Source: Ptychomitrium polyphyllum (lineage: Eukaryota). From it: a stretch of DNA of 64,000 nucleotides. The position numbers were made by a program, and so were the translations under genes. The DNA is taken from assembly GCA_973851085.1 (NCBI GenBank), contig OZ316775.1:15748001-15812000 (forward strand), written 5' to 3'. Positions 13,252-26,600 of the stretch are shown here, piece by piece; the first letter of the stretch is position 1, and each line of letters begins with the position of its first letter. The notes under the pieces are model-generated. The model did no database searches, was not told the origin of the DNA, and worked only from the letters and a program-made list of their open reading frames with translations.

Positions 13252-14282
13252 ATGAAGATGGCGGGGAGTGCGAGGGGGATGGTGTCGTGCTGGATGGCGC
13301 ACGTGCGGGCGGCGACGCCGGCGAGCATGAGCGCGAGCAGGAAGTGCTCGGTGAAGCCGTGGTTCGACGGGAGTGTGACAGATTCGTCAGCTGACGCTGC
13401 GGGGGAGCAGGTCGGGGGGAGCAGCAGCGGCAACAGGTTAGAGCAGGTGTTGCACGAGTTTCGAATTCAGAAGGCCACGCCGGATTGGTTGCTGTTGATG
13501 CCGGAGAGGTCTTTCTGGATGCCTCCTGAGGAACCCGCGGTGGAGGAAGCCCCGGCGGCTGCTGCCCTGGAGCCTGCCACCGATGGAGAGTTGTTCTCTA
13601 TGATTATGCCCAGTGGATGGCCTGCCCCGGCCCCTGTTGGAGGTAGGGCTCCTTTTGCTCTAGTCTCATTGTAAGTGGTCTGTGAGAAGGATTGTAGGGC
13701 TGTGTGATGATTCCTTGCATTTTTTTCAATGGAGTTTTCATGGTTCCATAACCCTTACGAAATCTCAGGTAACCATGAGAAAACGATGCATCCAAATGTT
13801 GTGTAATGGTACTGTGGAGTCGTTTATCCCTGCTACCAGTTTCTATTAGACACTTACTGTAGCTCGCAATCGCTTTCGCAGTGTGAATTTATTGCTATTT
13901 CGTGAGCATACCCTTATAAAAAATAGCTACAAGGTCTCGAGTGAACGAGTAGTTCTTCATCTTTGACATGTGAGGTTATGATGTATGTTGTCATGTGCTG
14001 GCAACTTAACGCGTCCACTTAGGCTTATCAGCCAGGCGACTGCGGCCTCCCTCATACATCGTCACCTCATGTAGTCTGTGCCTCTGTTTCCCGCCAACAT
14101 ACCTAACAATGTCGTATTTAGTTTCAACCAGTATCTGAACCCTAGCACTAATTGGTTGATTACTGTTGCTTAGAAGTCTTTGAGTAATGTGTTTTAAATA
14201 GTGGTGCTTTAACCACGTAGTGTTGTTTGTTCGAAATTCGACTGAAAGTTGCGGCTTGTTTCGTGTTTCAGGTCCACTATGA
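13252..14282 (+). CDS. Small plant protein of unknown function. Exon 13252-13642 with a probable tiny last exon 14272-14282; unspliced alternative stop at 13674
   Basis: GC-rich ORF with RLEQVLHEFRIQKATPDWLLLMPERSFWMPP and LFSMIMPSGWP, recalling a plant 'PDWLPFxPGxSYWVPP...GWP' family (from memory, unverified). Donor G|GTAGGG at 13643, acceptor TTTCAG at 14271. Confidence 0.65.
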
Positions 14283-15900
14283 AGTCTTCTTTTTGAGATC
14301 TCTCCTGACAGAAGTCTGCCGAAGTGCCCAAATGTACAGTTGCTTCTTCGTCAGGTTTTTTTGTCCTTGATCGCATTGAGTTTTGAAATCGCCGTTCGTG
14401 TTCTGATTTAGGCGGGGAACACGGTTACTAGTGAAAAATGCGTTTGAAAGTGATGGAGCATATACCATCATGAATTCCTACTATCAACGATCATGCACGA
14501 AATTGTGGCGCCCGAAGCGGATCCATTCTGTTGCATTTTGCACTAATTAGTGTATAAACTTCAACCCTGTGTATAAATCCTGAAATTGGTCAATAAAAGC
14601 CATTTATCGTTTGGCTGCCCACTGTTGGGGTTTTCAATTTTCATCCTATCGTATTGAATTCTCTAGTTTCTGTTTGTGTTGCTTGCTCCTTTCATTAATC
14701 TTCTTGATTCCTTTTCTTCATTACGGATTCGAATAGATTTTTCATTATATCGTAAGGTCAGTACACAAACAACGAAACTGCTGTGCCATTGAGTTAGTAC
14801 CCTTGATGTATTTCATTAATGAGAAGTTTTATAATAATTTTGGACGATTTATTTTGATAATTTCTGGGTGGTTGCTTGACTGAGATGCAATTCTAGTGAT
14901 TGTGCACTTACACATTTGACACTCAGCTGAAACGAATTTAGCATTCTTGACGTCAATTCTGTGTTGTTTGTTTTGTTCTATATTGTTGATTAAAACATCC
15001 CTGGTTTTGGCAAAGCACCACACTATTGACCACTACTAAGTCAGGCGTAGGAGGAGTAATTGTACTGTAAAAGAAGCTCGAGAACATCCATCTTGAGAAC
15101 ATGTGTCTTGAAGACAGTACATGCACTGAAGAGCTGGTCGGACGTGAGAAAGAGTCTATACGTGGAAGAAAAGCATGGAATCCTTCTAAAAGGCATGATG
15201 TGTCCATCAAGTAAATAAGTCACAATAAACAACCACGCTTCTCCACAAATTAAAGTGTCAAACTGTTGACATATTTATATCAGTGCTTCTAATCCCAAAG
15301 TTACTACTCTCGGTTTGCTTACCATGAGTTTCTCCAGCCTACCATTAGCATTGTTGTGCGCCTTTTTGGTCTCCGTTGCCTGGAATTTTTCAAAGCGAGT
15401 TATAAAAGCCATTACACATCTACATTGGATAAATTCGACTTTGGGACGTTGGACAAGATCACGGCCCAATCGTACGAAGGTCATAGGCTCAAGTAGCGTT
15501 GTCTTAACGAAAATACGCAATCCAGCCGAGTATCCAAAAAAGGAATTTTCATTTCCCAAAACATCTTTCTATCTAATAGTAGAACCTAATGATGTGGTAC
15601 ACAACCTGTTCTGAAAAAAAAATAATGAAATTAACATGTGTCCATGAACTCGATGCAGCAATTAGCGTGCTCCATTCCCAAGTATCAGATTTCATATCTG
15701 AACTCAAAATTTTGATAATCCATAGTTACTCAATCAAAAATACGAAAACGTTATTTAATCTTAATCTACTAAACGAAGGGTAAAAATCATGAAGGAAAAG
15801 TGAGGTTTCCGTTATTTTACATGCATACACGACTACAGAATGATGTTCTTCACTACAAGCAGGAATCTGAAAGGTTCTAACCATCCTCCTAACAACGGAT

Positions 15901-16488
15901 CTACTTGGAAAAACTGTACACAGTACTCACCAGAAAACTAACACCACTAACGCCAGTGAGGACATAAATTGCTGTAAAACAGGCTACAACATTGTAATCT
16001 GCTGGGTTTCCAGCGACGACCATCCAAAGAAGCACACCGCCAAACATTATTGAAATCAAAGTTGCATTTCCTGGTGCAACCAGATTCCAGCTGCTGCCGG
16101 AAAAAGCCGAGTCATTTGCAGACAAGAAACAAACACGTCGGAAATGCGAACGTGCAAGATGTTGTGACTGTCTACAGCAAGAGTCTGCACCAACGCCATC
16201 TCAATTTGTCACCACATAAACAAAAGAGCCTTGAAGATATGAGAACAGTATAAAGAGGGCTGAAAGAAATACCAAAAGCTTACAAAAATAAGATGGAAAA
16301 CTGTCACATACCGAATAGTGAGCACGAATAGTAGGAGAGCCATCTCAGGTTGCGGAATACACTCTGGGAGCAGCAGTAGCAATGGTACCGACCTTCGTAC
16401 GAGGACATCCACAACCACCAAAGATGCACGAAGTGACGGATTACAGTTATTTCAGGGCTCAAGGCCAATGAATCTAACAAACTGGAGC
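15901..16488 (-). pseudogene. Decayed partial duplicate of the last two PIG-X exons (16488-16312 and 16184-15901)
   Basis: GGVLLWMVVAGNPADYNVVACFTAI aligns with GGVLDWMVPAGNPADYSVVARFTAI, and TLAVDSHNILHV with PLSVDSHSIVHI. Intron position is retained. There is a 1-nt frameshift after FVSC and no upstream exons are visible. Confidence 0.85.
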
Positions 16489-16842
16489 CTAAACAAGGCA
16501 ATCTACAATTAGAATAAAGCGAACAACGGTCATCTACGTTGCAATCCCGCTCATTACAAGGGAATGCTGAACATTGCTTCAAACCAATCAAGGAAAAAAT
16601 AATCAACTCTCCTTAATTGAATAGAACAGCTGTCAATGCCGAGCTACAAAAGGTATCAACACAGGAGGGAGAGAAGTAAGGCCCGGCATAGAAAAGCACA
16701 AAGAGAGAAGTGGAAAGAAGGAATTGTAGCCATCTACATTGTCATGTCCCTTACACCAATTTACAGGATGCATCAGCCTTCAAGTTATGTAACCCAAGAA
16801 GAACAGCCCAATCCAACACTTGCTAACACTGGAAAAACTCAC

Positions 16843-19011
16843 AGCCAAAAACAAATTTTTGACCCAACCCAGTCAGGTGTATGTGTGTGTAGCTTCCCAG
16901 GGTCCCACACCAACTCATCAAGCAAGGCATCGTTCTTTAGCTTGGCCAACAGTTTTCCCTAACTCTTCCCACCACTATCACCTTGGCTTGACCCACTTGC
17001 ACCGTTGCTCCCCGACCCACTCCCCCCTGCAGCAGCTGATGAGCTACCCATCCCTGCATCCATACTACCTCTCATCCGCTGGTGCCCGCTCATGCCTTCC
17101 CCATATCCACCCGCTTCCATCGATCCAGCTCCTTCCAGAACCTGAGCATCGGAAGACGAAGACGGCGCCAGAGTCGTCGGTGATGACCCGATCGGGTAAG
17201 GAGCCACCGGGATATCCGACAGTGACGACGCTGATGGACTGTATGTTAGGCCTCCTACCAACGGGTGGTCGAATTTGCACGTCGGCCCGAATTTGCAGAT
17301 GCCATACCGTGTGTAGAACGAGCAAGGAGGAGCCCCCTGCATCCACCAAACCCACCCGCCGTGTCACGCCTGTCAGTCACCACCTACCCAATTTCCAACA
17401 GCACTAACGACCGTGCAAACAAGCATCACACCACTTACGGGCCGAAGGGGAAGCCCGATGGGGCTCAGATGGCACGTCGGTGATGGAGTCGCTCGGTCCT
17501 TCGGGTGGTGGTATCTGCACGTTGTGCCGAACTTGCAGTCGCCCGTCTTCATGTAGTACTGGCACTCCGGTTGCCCGGGTCTCTCCGGAAACACCGTGTC
17601 CTTCTGCCCTCCCATCGACTGCGCCTGGTGGGCCGGCACTCCCATCGCCGACGACCCCTGCATGTACGGGGCATAGCTCGACATCTGCTCTCCCTGCGCC
17701 GACCCTCCGTACACGTACCCCCCATGCTGCTGCCCTTCTGGCGGCCCGACCGGTCCCTGCTGCAACCACACGGCACCCAACACCCGGTCACGATTCAGGC
17801 AGACCTTGCAACTCCAACTGCCGACTACCAAGGCGATCCTGGCCACGCTCGGTGCCACAAACTCTAAATAATCGCTTCAAGGCTTCCAGCAACACTATCA
17901 CTCGTTTAGCAAGTCACGTCACGTGTGCTGCACCAACTCACACCTCTCCAGTGTTGCAAACCACGGGAATCAGGCCTAATCAGAATACACGTCACTCGAC
18001 CGTCAAGACTCCGACTCTACCAACACCGCTATCAGCTCCAACGGGGCCAGTGTACTGCTCTCCAAATCGATGCAGGACAAACCAGGGATCGCCAGAAAAA
18101 CTCCACGTCTCAGGGCCTCCGGCCGAATGCAAGTAGCCCGTGCAACTCTCCACTGCACACTACTCTTGCCCCGACACAACATTCGTACACGCCATTCACT
18201 CGCAACTCCATCCCCCACTCGCACCACTTACTTGGTATGTGTTCCATCCGGGCATCGACATGATCCCCTGCGGCAGTGGCATCACCGGACCGTAACTCGA
18301 AGGCCCTTGTAATCGAGGATGCAGATACGGCGACCTCGCAATCGGCCATTGAGGTACTCCCGCTGGATAAGCCTGAGCCTGACCCGCTGCAGACGATGGC
18401 CCTCCCCCGCCACTCCCGTACTGCGGCAACGACACCAGAGCCCCGACCGCCGTAGGCTGTGGATGATGAAATTTACAGGTTACTCCATACTTGCACGACC
18501 CCGTCCGCATGTAATACGCACACTCCTTCTCCCCCTACAGTACATTGTACCACCACGCTACCTCTTAGTACACCCCTGCCCTCCTCCCATTCCCCACCAT
18601 TCCAACAATGCTCCGTCTATCGCCTCCCCACAGACCACACACGACTTCGACCCTACACAAGACGCCACAATGCTTACACACAACACTCACGATTCACAGA
18701 TACCGAAACGAAGGGCGACAAGACGGCAGACTGACAATCAGATGCACGATAGACCAAGCTCGTGCTCAGACTCCAACAATGCACGCCTACCAACCTGTCT
18801 CAATGGAAGACCTAACACATTCAAATGTACACGCCCCGTTGATCCAGCTTTCTCTCTCGGGTGATGGTATTTGCACGTAGCTCCAAATTTGCACGTACCA
18901 GTCTTCAAATAGTACTGAAAACACACACACCAAGCGCCCCGAACACCGCTGTTATTGACCATATCACCGCCAAGGGCGCGTGCCCAGCACCGCTCACAGC
19001 CATTTCTCAGT
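16843..19011. repeat. Right arm of the 2169-bp inverted repeat (partner 617-2785)
   Basis: Reverse complement of 617-2785 with no net indels (constant mirror sum 19628). Confidence 0.95.
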
Positions 19012-20402
19012 CTACAAGTGACATTGTCTGCATACAGTCTATCATTAGCAACTTTAGGACTCGATCGTTTGCTCTCGAAGACTGGATTCGTAGCTCAATT
19101 CCTAGCAAACGTGTACCTGGCACTCTGGCTGGCCAAGTCTTTCCGGATACTCGCCCTTACCCCGGGCAACTGCGACTGCCTGCACAACCACCACCAGAGT
19201 GCTACATTACCGACAGGGTTAACAGTGCAATTGCATTTAACAGTACGCTCAAAGCAATTAGGTTTATGCGCCGTCTCTGATCACGTTGCACCCAAAAGGA
19301 AGCGCACCAGTTTGCGATTCGGAGGATGATTGAACCGGCAAGTCATCCCGAACCCGCACAATCCTGTGCGCATGTAGTACACGCAATCAGGCTCGCCTGG
19401 CCGTTCCGGGTACGGCCCCTGGGCCCCGTCCATGCCGTCTTGCCCCTGCATCGCCATCGGCCACACTCCCTCTGCACCGCCCACGCCACCAGCACAGGCC
19501 AACAGATACAACAAGTGTTAGTCTACCGATACCCACAATGACCGCATCTCCTCTCCCCCGAAGCCTCCCAACTAACCTACCAACTACGAGACTCACAGGA
19601 GGGTAGGTGAAGTGATGATACCAGCCACTAGACAACAATCCTGGACACATCGAAACAGGCATTTTGGCACAGCAAACATTACGACTCCCAAGACCAGCTG
19701 CAATGTTGATATAACACACTTGTCTGATACAGAAATTTGTTGAAAAAATTGTTAAAAATTTGTTAAAGGCACTAAATGCTGTACTTGGAGGACCTGGAGC
19801 TCACTCGCTTGCTCTCCGGATGCTCTGTACAGGTCCAAGATCTAGCCAGCGTTATCAACACTGGAAGCACTTGACGACCACATACTTCAACAATTGAGTA
19901 AAAGGAACTTCTGCCCAAACTCGCCCAGAAACGGAATCTGACGCTCCCCTAGGCCGATGAGCACAATTTCAGCTCGCACAAGCACTATCAAAGCCACCGC
20001 TAGACGACAATTCCTCTCCACCGATCCAATTACACCTCACCCAAACTACCCGCATCGCACCCAAGCGCCGAATTGCACATCCAAACGCATCGATACGCCA
20101 TCTACTCCTCTCTAACTCATGCAGCATCACCACTAGCAAGCCTCCCTCCCTCCCACCCACCCACCCACCCACCCAAAGCGAGAATTCTCACTACCTTCAG
20201 ACGCAGAGTCTCCTCCGGCAGCATCCAAGCCGCCCCCAGGCGGTGATCGCTGCTGCGACGAAGCCACACCATGCCGCTGCCAGTCATCGTAAAATGGGAC
20301 TACGCCCCCACTACATGCGATGGCGATGGACGACACGCCAGCCGATTGTTCAAGGCCTGCAAAGGAGGACGGCGCCCCTTTGGCTGGCGCATAGTATTCC
20401 AT
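16959..20402 (-). CDS. Tandem CCCH zinc-finger protein, copy B (complete, 5 fingers). Exons 20402-20195, 19471-19308, 19179-19117, 18914-18795, 18534-18232, 17759/17756-17439, 17336-16959
   Basis: MEYYAP start; first finger [30 protein letters not shown]; the remaining fingers are identical to copy A; GT-AG junctions stay in phase. Confidence 0.92.
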
Positions 20403-23400
20403 CTAGCATGCCGCGCCCGCCCGGGATGGCGTGCTGCCCACCCCGCCTGGAAGAATATGATCCCTCTCAAGCTACCCTACCTTCGCCTCGCCTCGCCTCG
20501 CCTCACCTTTCGTGAAGTGCGTGGGAGGCTTGAGAGGCTTGCAGTGAGGCAAATGAGAGGCCCAAAGGTGTGGGCTTGGGTGGCGATGCGGCGATGATAT
20601 TGTCGGGCGATGGCGATGGTGATGGCTATGGCGGAGGTTCATTCACAGTTCGTGAGCTCATGTGCACCATACTCGTTGAACACTCCCGGGTGTCAGACGA
20701 CGAGAGTCCAGAGTCGAGACCACCGGAACGCGACGAGACGCAACGGCGCCGGCGACGACGACGATGACCACGACAACGTCGACGCTGCTGCTGGTGGCTA
20801 CGACTGCCGCTGTATGGCTGACCCTGCCACTGTAGAGTACCAACTGGAGTAGACTAACTGACCAGAAAAATTACTTGTGCCGGCGTTGGGCCATTGGCTG
20901 CTGGGGCTGTTCTGTGGTGCCTACCGTAAAGCTTTCCTTCCACGGAAAAAGTCTTTCACCATCCCAGGGGTTCTTGGTGTTCCACAAATTTAACCTGGGG
21001 TGCAAAAAACTCTTGTTACTGAGACCTGGAAGGCTTTCTGGAAGCCAATCACCTTATCCTTATGTATTGAGCGAACAAATTCCACTTAGAGCTATCGCCT
21101 CGTGCAAAGATATTAAGCAATAAAAACTATGTACCTAGCAATACTTGGCATTGGTGTTGGAAGGCATGTTTTACATCCAAATTTTAGTTTATCTCTCATT
21201 TACATTTTACCTTTTTTATCTTTAAAACTTTGGATTAAGATCCTTTCACATGATAATAATGGAATTTCCTCACTCTTTTCAACAAATACAAATATTTTTA
21301 GGCAATAGATTCCAAAAGACAAAGATTATTTATTTTTTACCAATTTATTTTCTTCCAATAAATTATTCCAATACACTTAGATTAAAAGCTACAAAAAGAA
21401 AAATCTTATATTAAAGACAATTTACTTTATTAATAATGAAAATGCAACAAAAAATAATTTACTTTTAAAGATGTAATTTAACTAAAGATGGATATAGTGG
21501 AGGTTTATTTAATGTTCAAAGGTTCAAATTAAAAGTGAAAATATTTAGCTTAAAAAAAATATGAATTAATAAAAAGTCTCTTTAAGGTAGTGCTATTAAA
21601 TACAACATAACAACTGAGATAAAATGTTATTTCTTTGCTTTTCTTAAAAGTAAATTTTATGTCATTTAAATTGTAATAGATAACTTGTAAAAAACTTTAA
21701 TATCATATTTATTTAACACCATGCTTATATAAAATCACCAGTTTGCAATTATATGACAAATTGACAAGATGAAGCAACAACAATGACATTAAGTATATAT
21801 TCATCTCTTGTGCAGGAAGCTATAATGAGATTAAAACATCACATATTTGAGCATTTGACAAATGGTTGGTAATGCTCTAAGCATCCTATATTCTTTATCA
21901 ATGGAAAACTTGCATTATGTTATATTTTCAAATAAATACCATATTAACTATAATGAAAAATTTCAAAGTTTCAAATGTTGATGTTATACATTGGTTATAC
22001 AACTGCTAAATAATCCCATAATTATTGTTTTATTCCATTATAGTGAATATGGTGATAATGTAGTTCATCTTTTTCTTTTTTTATAAAATATGAATCATGA
22101 TATCTTTGAAAAAAATCAATATGCTCCATCTTGATTAAAAGTCAAAAGAAATAAAATTGTAATTATGTTATTTGATTAAAGATAATTTTATGGCATAAAA
22201 CTCATATCCTATGATCATATGTCATGTCTTGTGGACCCACAAAAGATTATGTACCTAATATGGTTAAATGTAGTTAAAATATAACATTTATGTAGCATAT
22301 ACCTATATATTTAAACCACATTTATAACCTATTTTTACACCTTCAATCATATTTGAAACCAAAATTTTGATACTCGATTATAATTAATTACACATTAACT
22401 AATCTAATTTTCTCATGTTTACTAGTTAAGAATGCCTATCTTTGGCTCTTTTGGAATTCATTTTTGATGAAAAAAACAAAAACAAAAAAAAGCTAAATTG
22501 TTGAGAGAAGCACTCCTTTCTAGAGGTGGGGATACACCTGTGGTAATGGGATATTTTTGGAGATCTTAAGCACAATAAGAACATTCCATGGTCTATAAGA
22601 ATATTCATAATTGTCTTTCTATAGTAATCTTTTAAATTTTGTTCTGTGCACATTGTATTGGTAGATACAGAATAATACTAGTGTTTATGAGTATTCATAT
22701 GTGCTGTAGTTATCTCTGAGCTAGGATGGATTAGTCTACAGGACTAGCATGAGAACCAGCAAAGGTCTCTACCAAGCCTGTGCAGCAAGTAATTCATGTC
22801 AATAAGTTGTGACAAAGACACAATTTATAACATACCTGGGTAGCTTTGATCAACGTGGTCACATTTGCACCTAGAATTCAGATCAAGTGTGGAGGCACTG
22901 GCATTCCCATGTGCAAAGTGTGAGAGGAAACAAATGGTCACCCCATTTGGGAGTCCTCCCATTCATTAACACTGTGCCCACCTTTTGGAGTAGATCTGTG
23001 TTGGCTTGAAGAGTATGGACATGGTTTCTAACACTTGTTCTTGACATCCCTGGGATCTCAGAGAAAAGAAATTAACAGGCTTAACAAAGGAACAATTAGA
23101 GGTTGTATTCCACAACTGGCTGGATACTATTGTCCCTCTCTAGTTATGTGGTCCAAATCTACAACTTTAAATTCATGTGGTCCTAAGCCTTTCAAATTTT
23201 TAAGAAACTTGGCTAGTACCATATTTCAACCCACATTTGTATTGTACCTGTATACAGGAAACTTGATACCAAAATTGGAATTGCAAATTGCTGAGGCATA
23301 GCAAGGACTAATGGAATAAATATGTCCTGCTGGGCCAGCACATGGCAGGAAGCTATAATGCAGACACACAGAACATCCCAATCCCTCCTCTTATCAGGGT

Positions 23401-23658
23401 GTGGAAATGTTGTTGATAAGTTACAGTAGTCAGACAAAGGCCTGACTTCTACAAAGGCTGGCTACCTCTCGTTTCACATCAACCCTGGAGTTTATATCAG
23501 TGTCTCACATGCCTTCAACGAGGCCACAGGGTGCAGTCCTTCTCAACAATGCAACCCACATGCTATGCTGTAATTTACTCCAACAAGGCACCTAAGATGG
23601 GCTGGCCCATCACCACCAGGGTAAGAAATGCGCTTACTTGTATGTTGTAGAGATAGTC

Positions 23659-23697
23659 ATGTATGTATGTATGTATATATATATATATATATATATA
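23659..23697. repeat. (ATGT)n/(TA)n microsatellite
   Basis: Read directly from the sequence. Confidence 0.85.
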
Positions 23698-26600
23698 ATT
23701 TTATTTTTAATTTAAAAAAAAATTAAAAATTTAACTTATTTTTTTATTTTTCTATTTTAAAAATTTCATAGACACTAAAATTTGAATACAAATGTAAGTG
23801 GAATCATAAACTTTGGATTAAAATTGAACTATTTATGAATTTTGAAAGGATGTTGTTGCAAAATTTCCACAAGTATTTAACATGAAAGCTTTAAGTTGCA
23901 CCTTCTTTGTTATAAAACAAAAGGGATGTAAACATAACATTTTGGAAGCAATGTTATGGCAACCTTCCATTTAAGAATTGATTTAAAAATCTAAATCTTA
24001 TTGAACCATGCCTAAGAATTGGTCAATAAATGTACATTAAGGTGAATAATGTAGATTTTAGTACAAACCCATCCAAACATTGGTTTCAAAATATTATGGA
24101 CAAAATCTACCTTCTATTTTTTAGCCAACTAAGTTCCTTTTAAAAAATAATAAAACCTCTTATTAAATTTCTTAAATTATTAAGATGGTCTTCTTTATAA
24201 AAAACTAGGGATTAGAGGCTTCAAATTAAACAAAAAATTATCAAATCTAATACTCAAACTACCTTAATTAAATAGTGACAAATAATGGGCTCCTATGGTT
24301 CATTATGAAGAAGGTGCATGTGGAATTAGTGTATTCAATACTTTTGTAATAGATAAAGCATATGAACAATCAATACCTAACTATTAAATGTATGCATAAT
24401 TAAAATGATCTTTTTTTAATACCACTATATTTGAAGCTATATTATTTACCAAAAAATAGTATAATTTCACTTGTAGCCTCATCACTAATATTCCATGACT
24501 TTCCTTGCACACACATTGTATACAATTTGAATTCCATTAAATTATTTTTTTCACTCATTTCCTTTGCTACTTCATGTTCAATGATTAATTTGAATATGTA
24601 TGTGGTGATTAAAAGTATTTTTGTAGTTAGAATTTATGTATCAATGGTGCCTATATAGTATACTAAAAATGATATTAGTATTGCAAATTCTAAATATCTT
24701 GCCATAACAATAAATGAAAACTGCCAAATTACTACTACTAATATTAGATGCCAACAAGCTTTTAAGCAAAATTCATAGAAATTATTATAAATAGGATTAT
24801 TTATAGAATTTTTTGTTAATATTGCTTATCTTTTGTAGATAATATTGTGGTATTAGAATAACCTTCCTATTAGAAATGAAATGAAGAATTCCAAAAGATT
24901 CAAATTTTTAATTACATAATTTTATTGGTATTAAAATTGTTCCAATTTCAAAAGTTAGATTTAAAAACAAATTCATTAATAGAGTGAATTTGGCTTTTTA
25001 AATGTTCATGCAAAAATTTAAAAATTGGTCACATTATATAGCATTATAGTACCAATGCTAGATCAAATTTTTATTGAAACCTACATCATTTGCTAAATCT
25101 ATAAGCATTGATCATATATCAAGCATGATTCAAGAAGTTCTAAATTAAAATTAAAATTTTCTTTTCTTAAATAAAATATTACTTTAGCATTGCTTTTACA
25201 ATAATATATACCAAGATGTTGAAGATTATTATTTTCTAAGGAATTTATTGCCATTCATCATTAAAAATAATTTAATACATGGAACATTTTAAAATATAAA
25301 AAAAACAAAATTAGGTAGCTTTTTCCAATGAATTTTTTAATTTTGAATATGCTTAGTGTTTTTGTACAAAGTCCAAATAACATATTTCAAAGTATGTGAG
25401 GATTTTTTTGCTTATAGATATATTAATAATGTAATGCATATTCAAATTTGATCCATTATAAAGTCACAATTATAGATGTTGTTGCCTTAATATGAACCAC
25501 GTCAATAATAAAAGAATGTTATTGCTTGTATGTCTTCTTTGCACTTTACATTAAGTTGTAATAACCTATTACTACCGCCATATTTTGTGGATAGAAAATA
25601 GGACAAGATATCTAATGCAACTAAAAATATATGTATCTAATAATAAATGAATTAGTTATGAATTTTGAATGGAATATTTGCAAGAATTTAAAATCCACCA
25701 ATAGATTGGCCCATTAACTACTAAAACAACAACTATTAAAGCACCACTCAAAGAATGCATAATAACCAAGCTTATGTTCCCTACATATTTTATGTGCTAA
25801 ATTTATACAAATTTATCTTTCCTTGCATTATCACCACCCTATAATTCTATTGCACTCAATCTCAATCCATTGGTATCAATTGCTAAGATTTATACTAATT
25901 AATAAAAATATACTTGATGATTTATAGTCTTTTGGTTGTTGTTGGTTGCTAGGGTCTCAAGGGCAATTGATTGTTCTACCTTATGATGGCAAAAACTTCT
26001 AAAACTGCTTTCACATTGCTTTTGGTTTGGCTTGGAACAAGAGCCATGAGAATGTGATTTGGTGGTGACTGCCGTTGTTCTGTAGTGTAAAGAGGTCCAA
26101 GTTGGACTGAAATGGTTCTCATTTGTCCTTTGAGAGATAAGACATTCAATAATTCTACATGTAACTTAGAACCAGTTATCAAAATGATTCTCAGGCACAC
26201 AACCTCCAAAGTTAACCAATTGAGTGGACCCGCACAATTTTGATGCTCAAAATGGCCCTTCTTGGAGTGCCTCTTACGCATTGAGCATGCACTGATCAAC
26301 CTAGTGTTGGTGCAAAGGTTCCATCCATCACAAATATTGTGTGTCTCTTGCATAGCTTCATCAATTTAAAGGTATAAAAGCCAGGCTCATACAACCTCCT
26401 ATGCAGAGTCAGTCCTTGCACCGATAAAAGCAAGTAAAGTTCCCTGTTACCACTTTACAATGCACTTGGACATGATCAAAGGACAAAATTCAGCCACTCC
26501 CAGAAATAAAAATGAATTACATTATAATTTCCAGACTTGGGTCCATTGTTTGACAGTTGGTATTCACATGCACCATGAGTAGTATTGATATGTAAAGTGA

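Noticed and set aside
14829..15614. Exon-like ORF fragments on the minus strand
   Set aside because: In-frame stop upstream and no recognisable homology.
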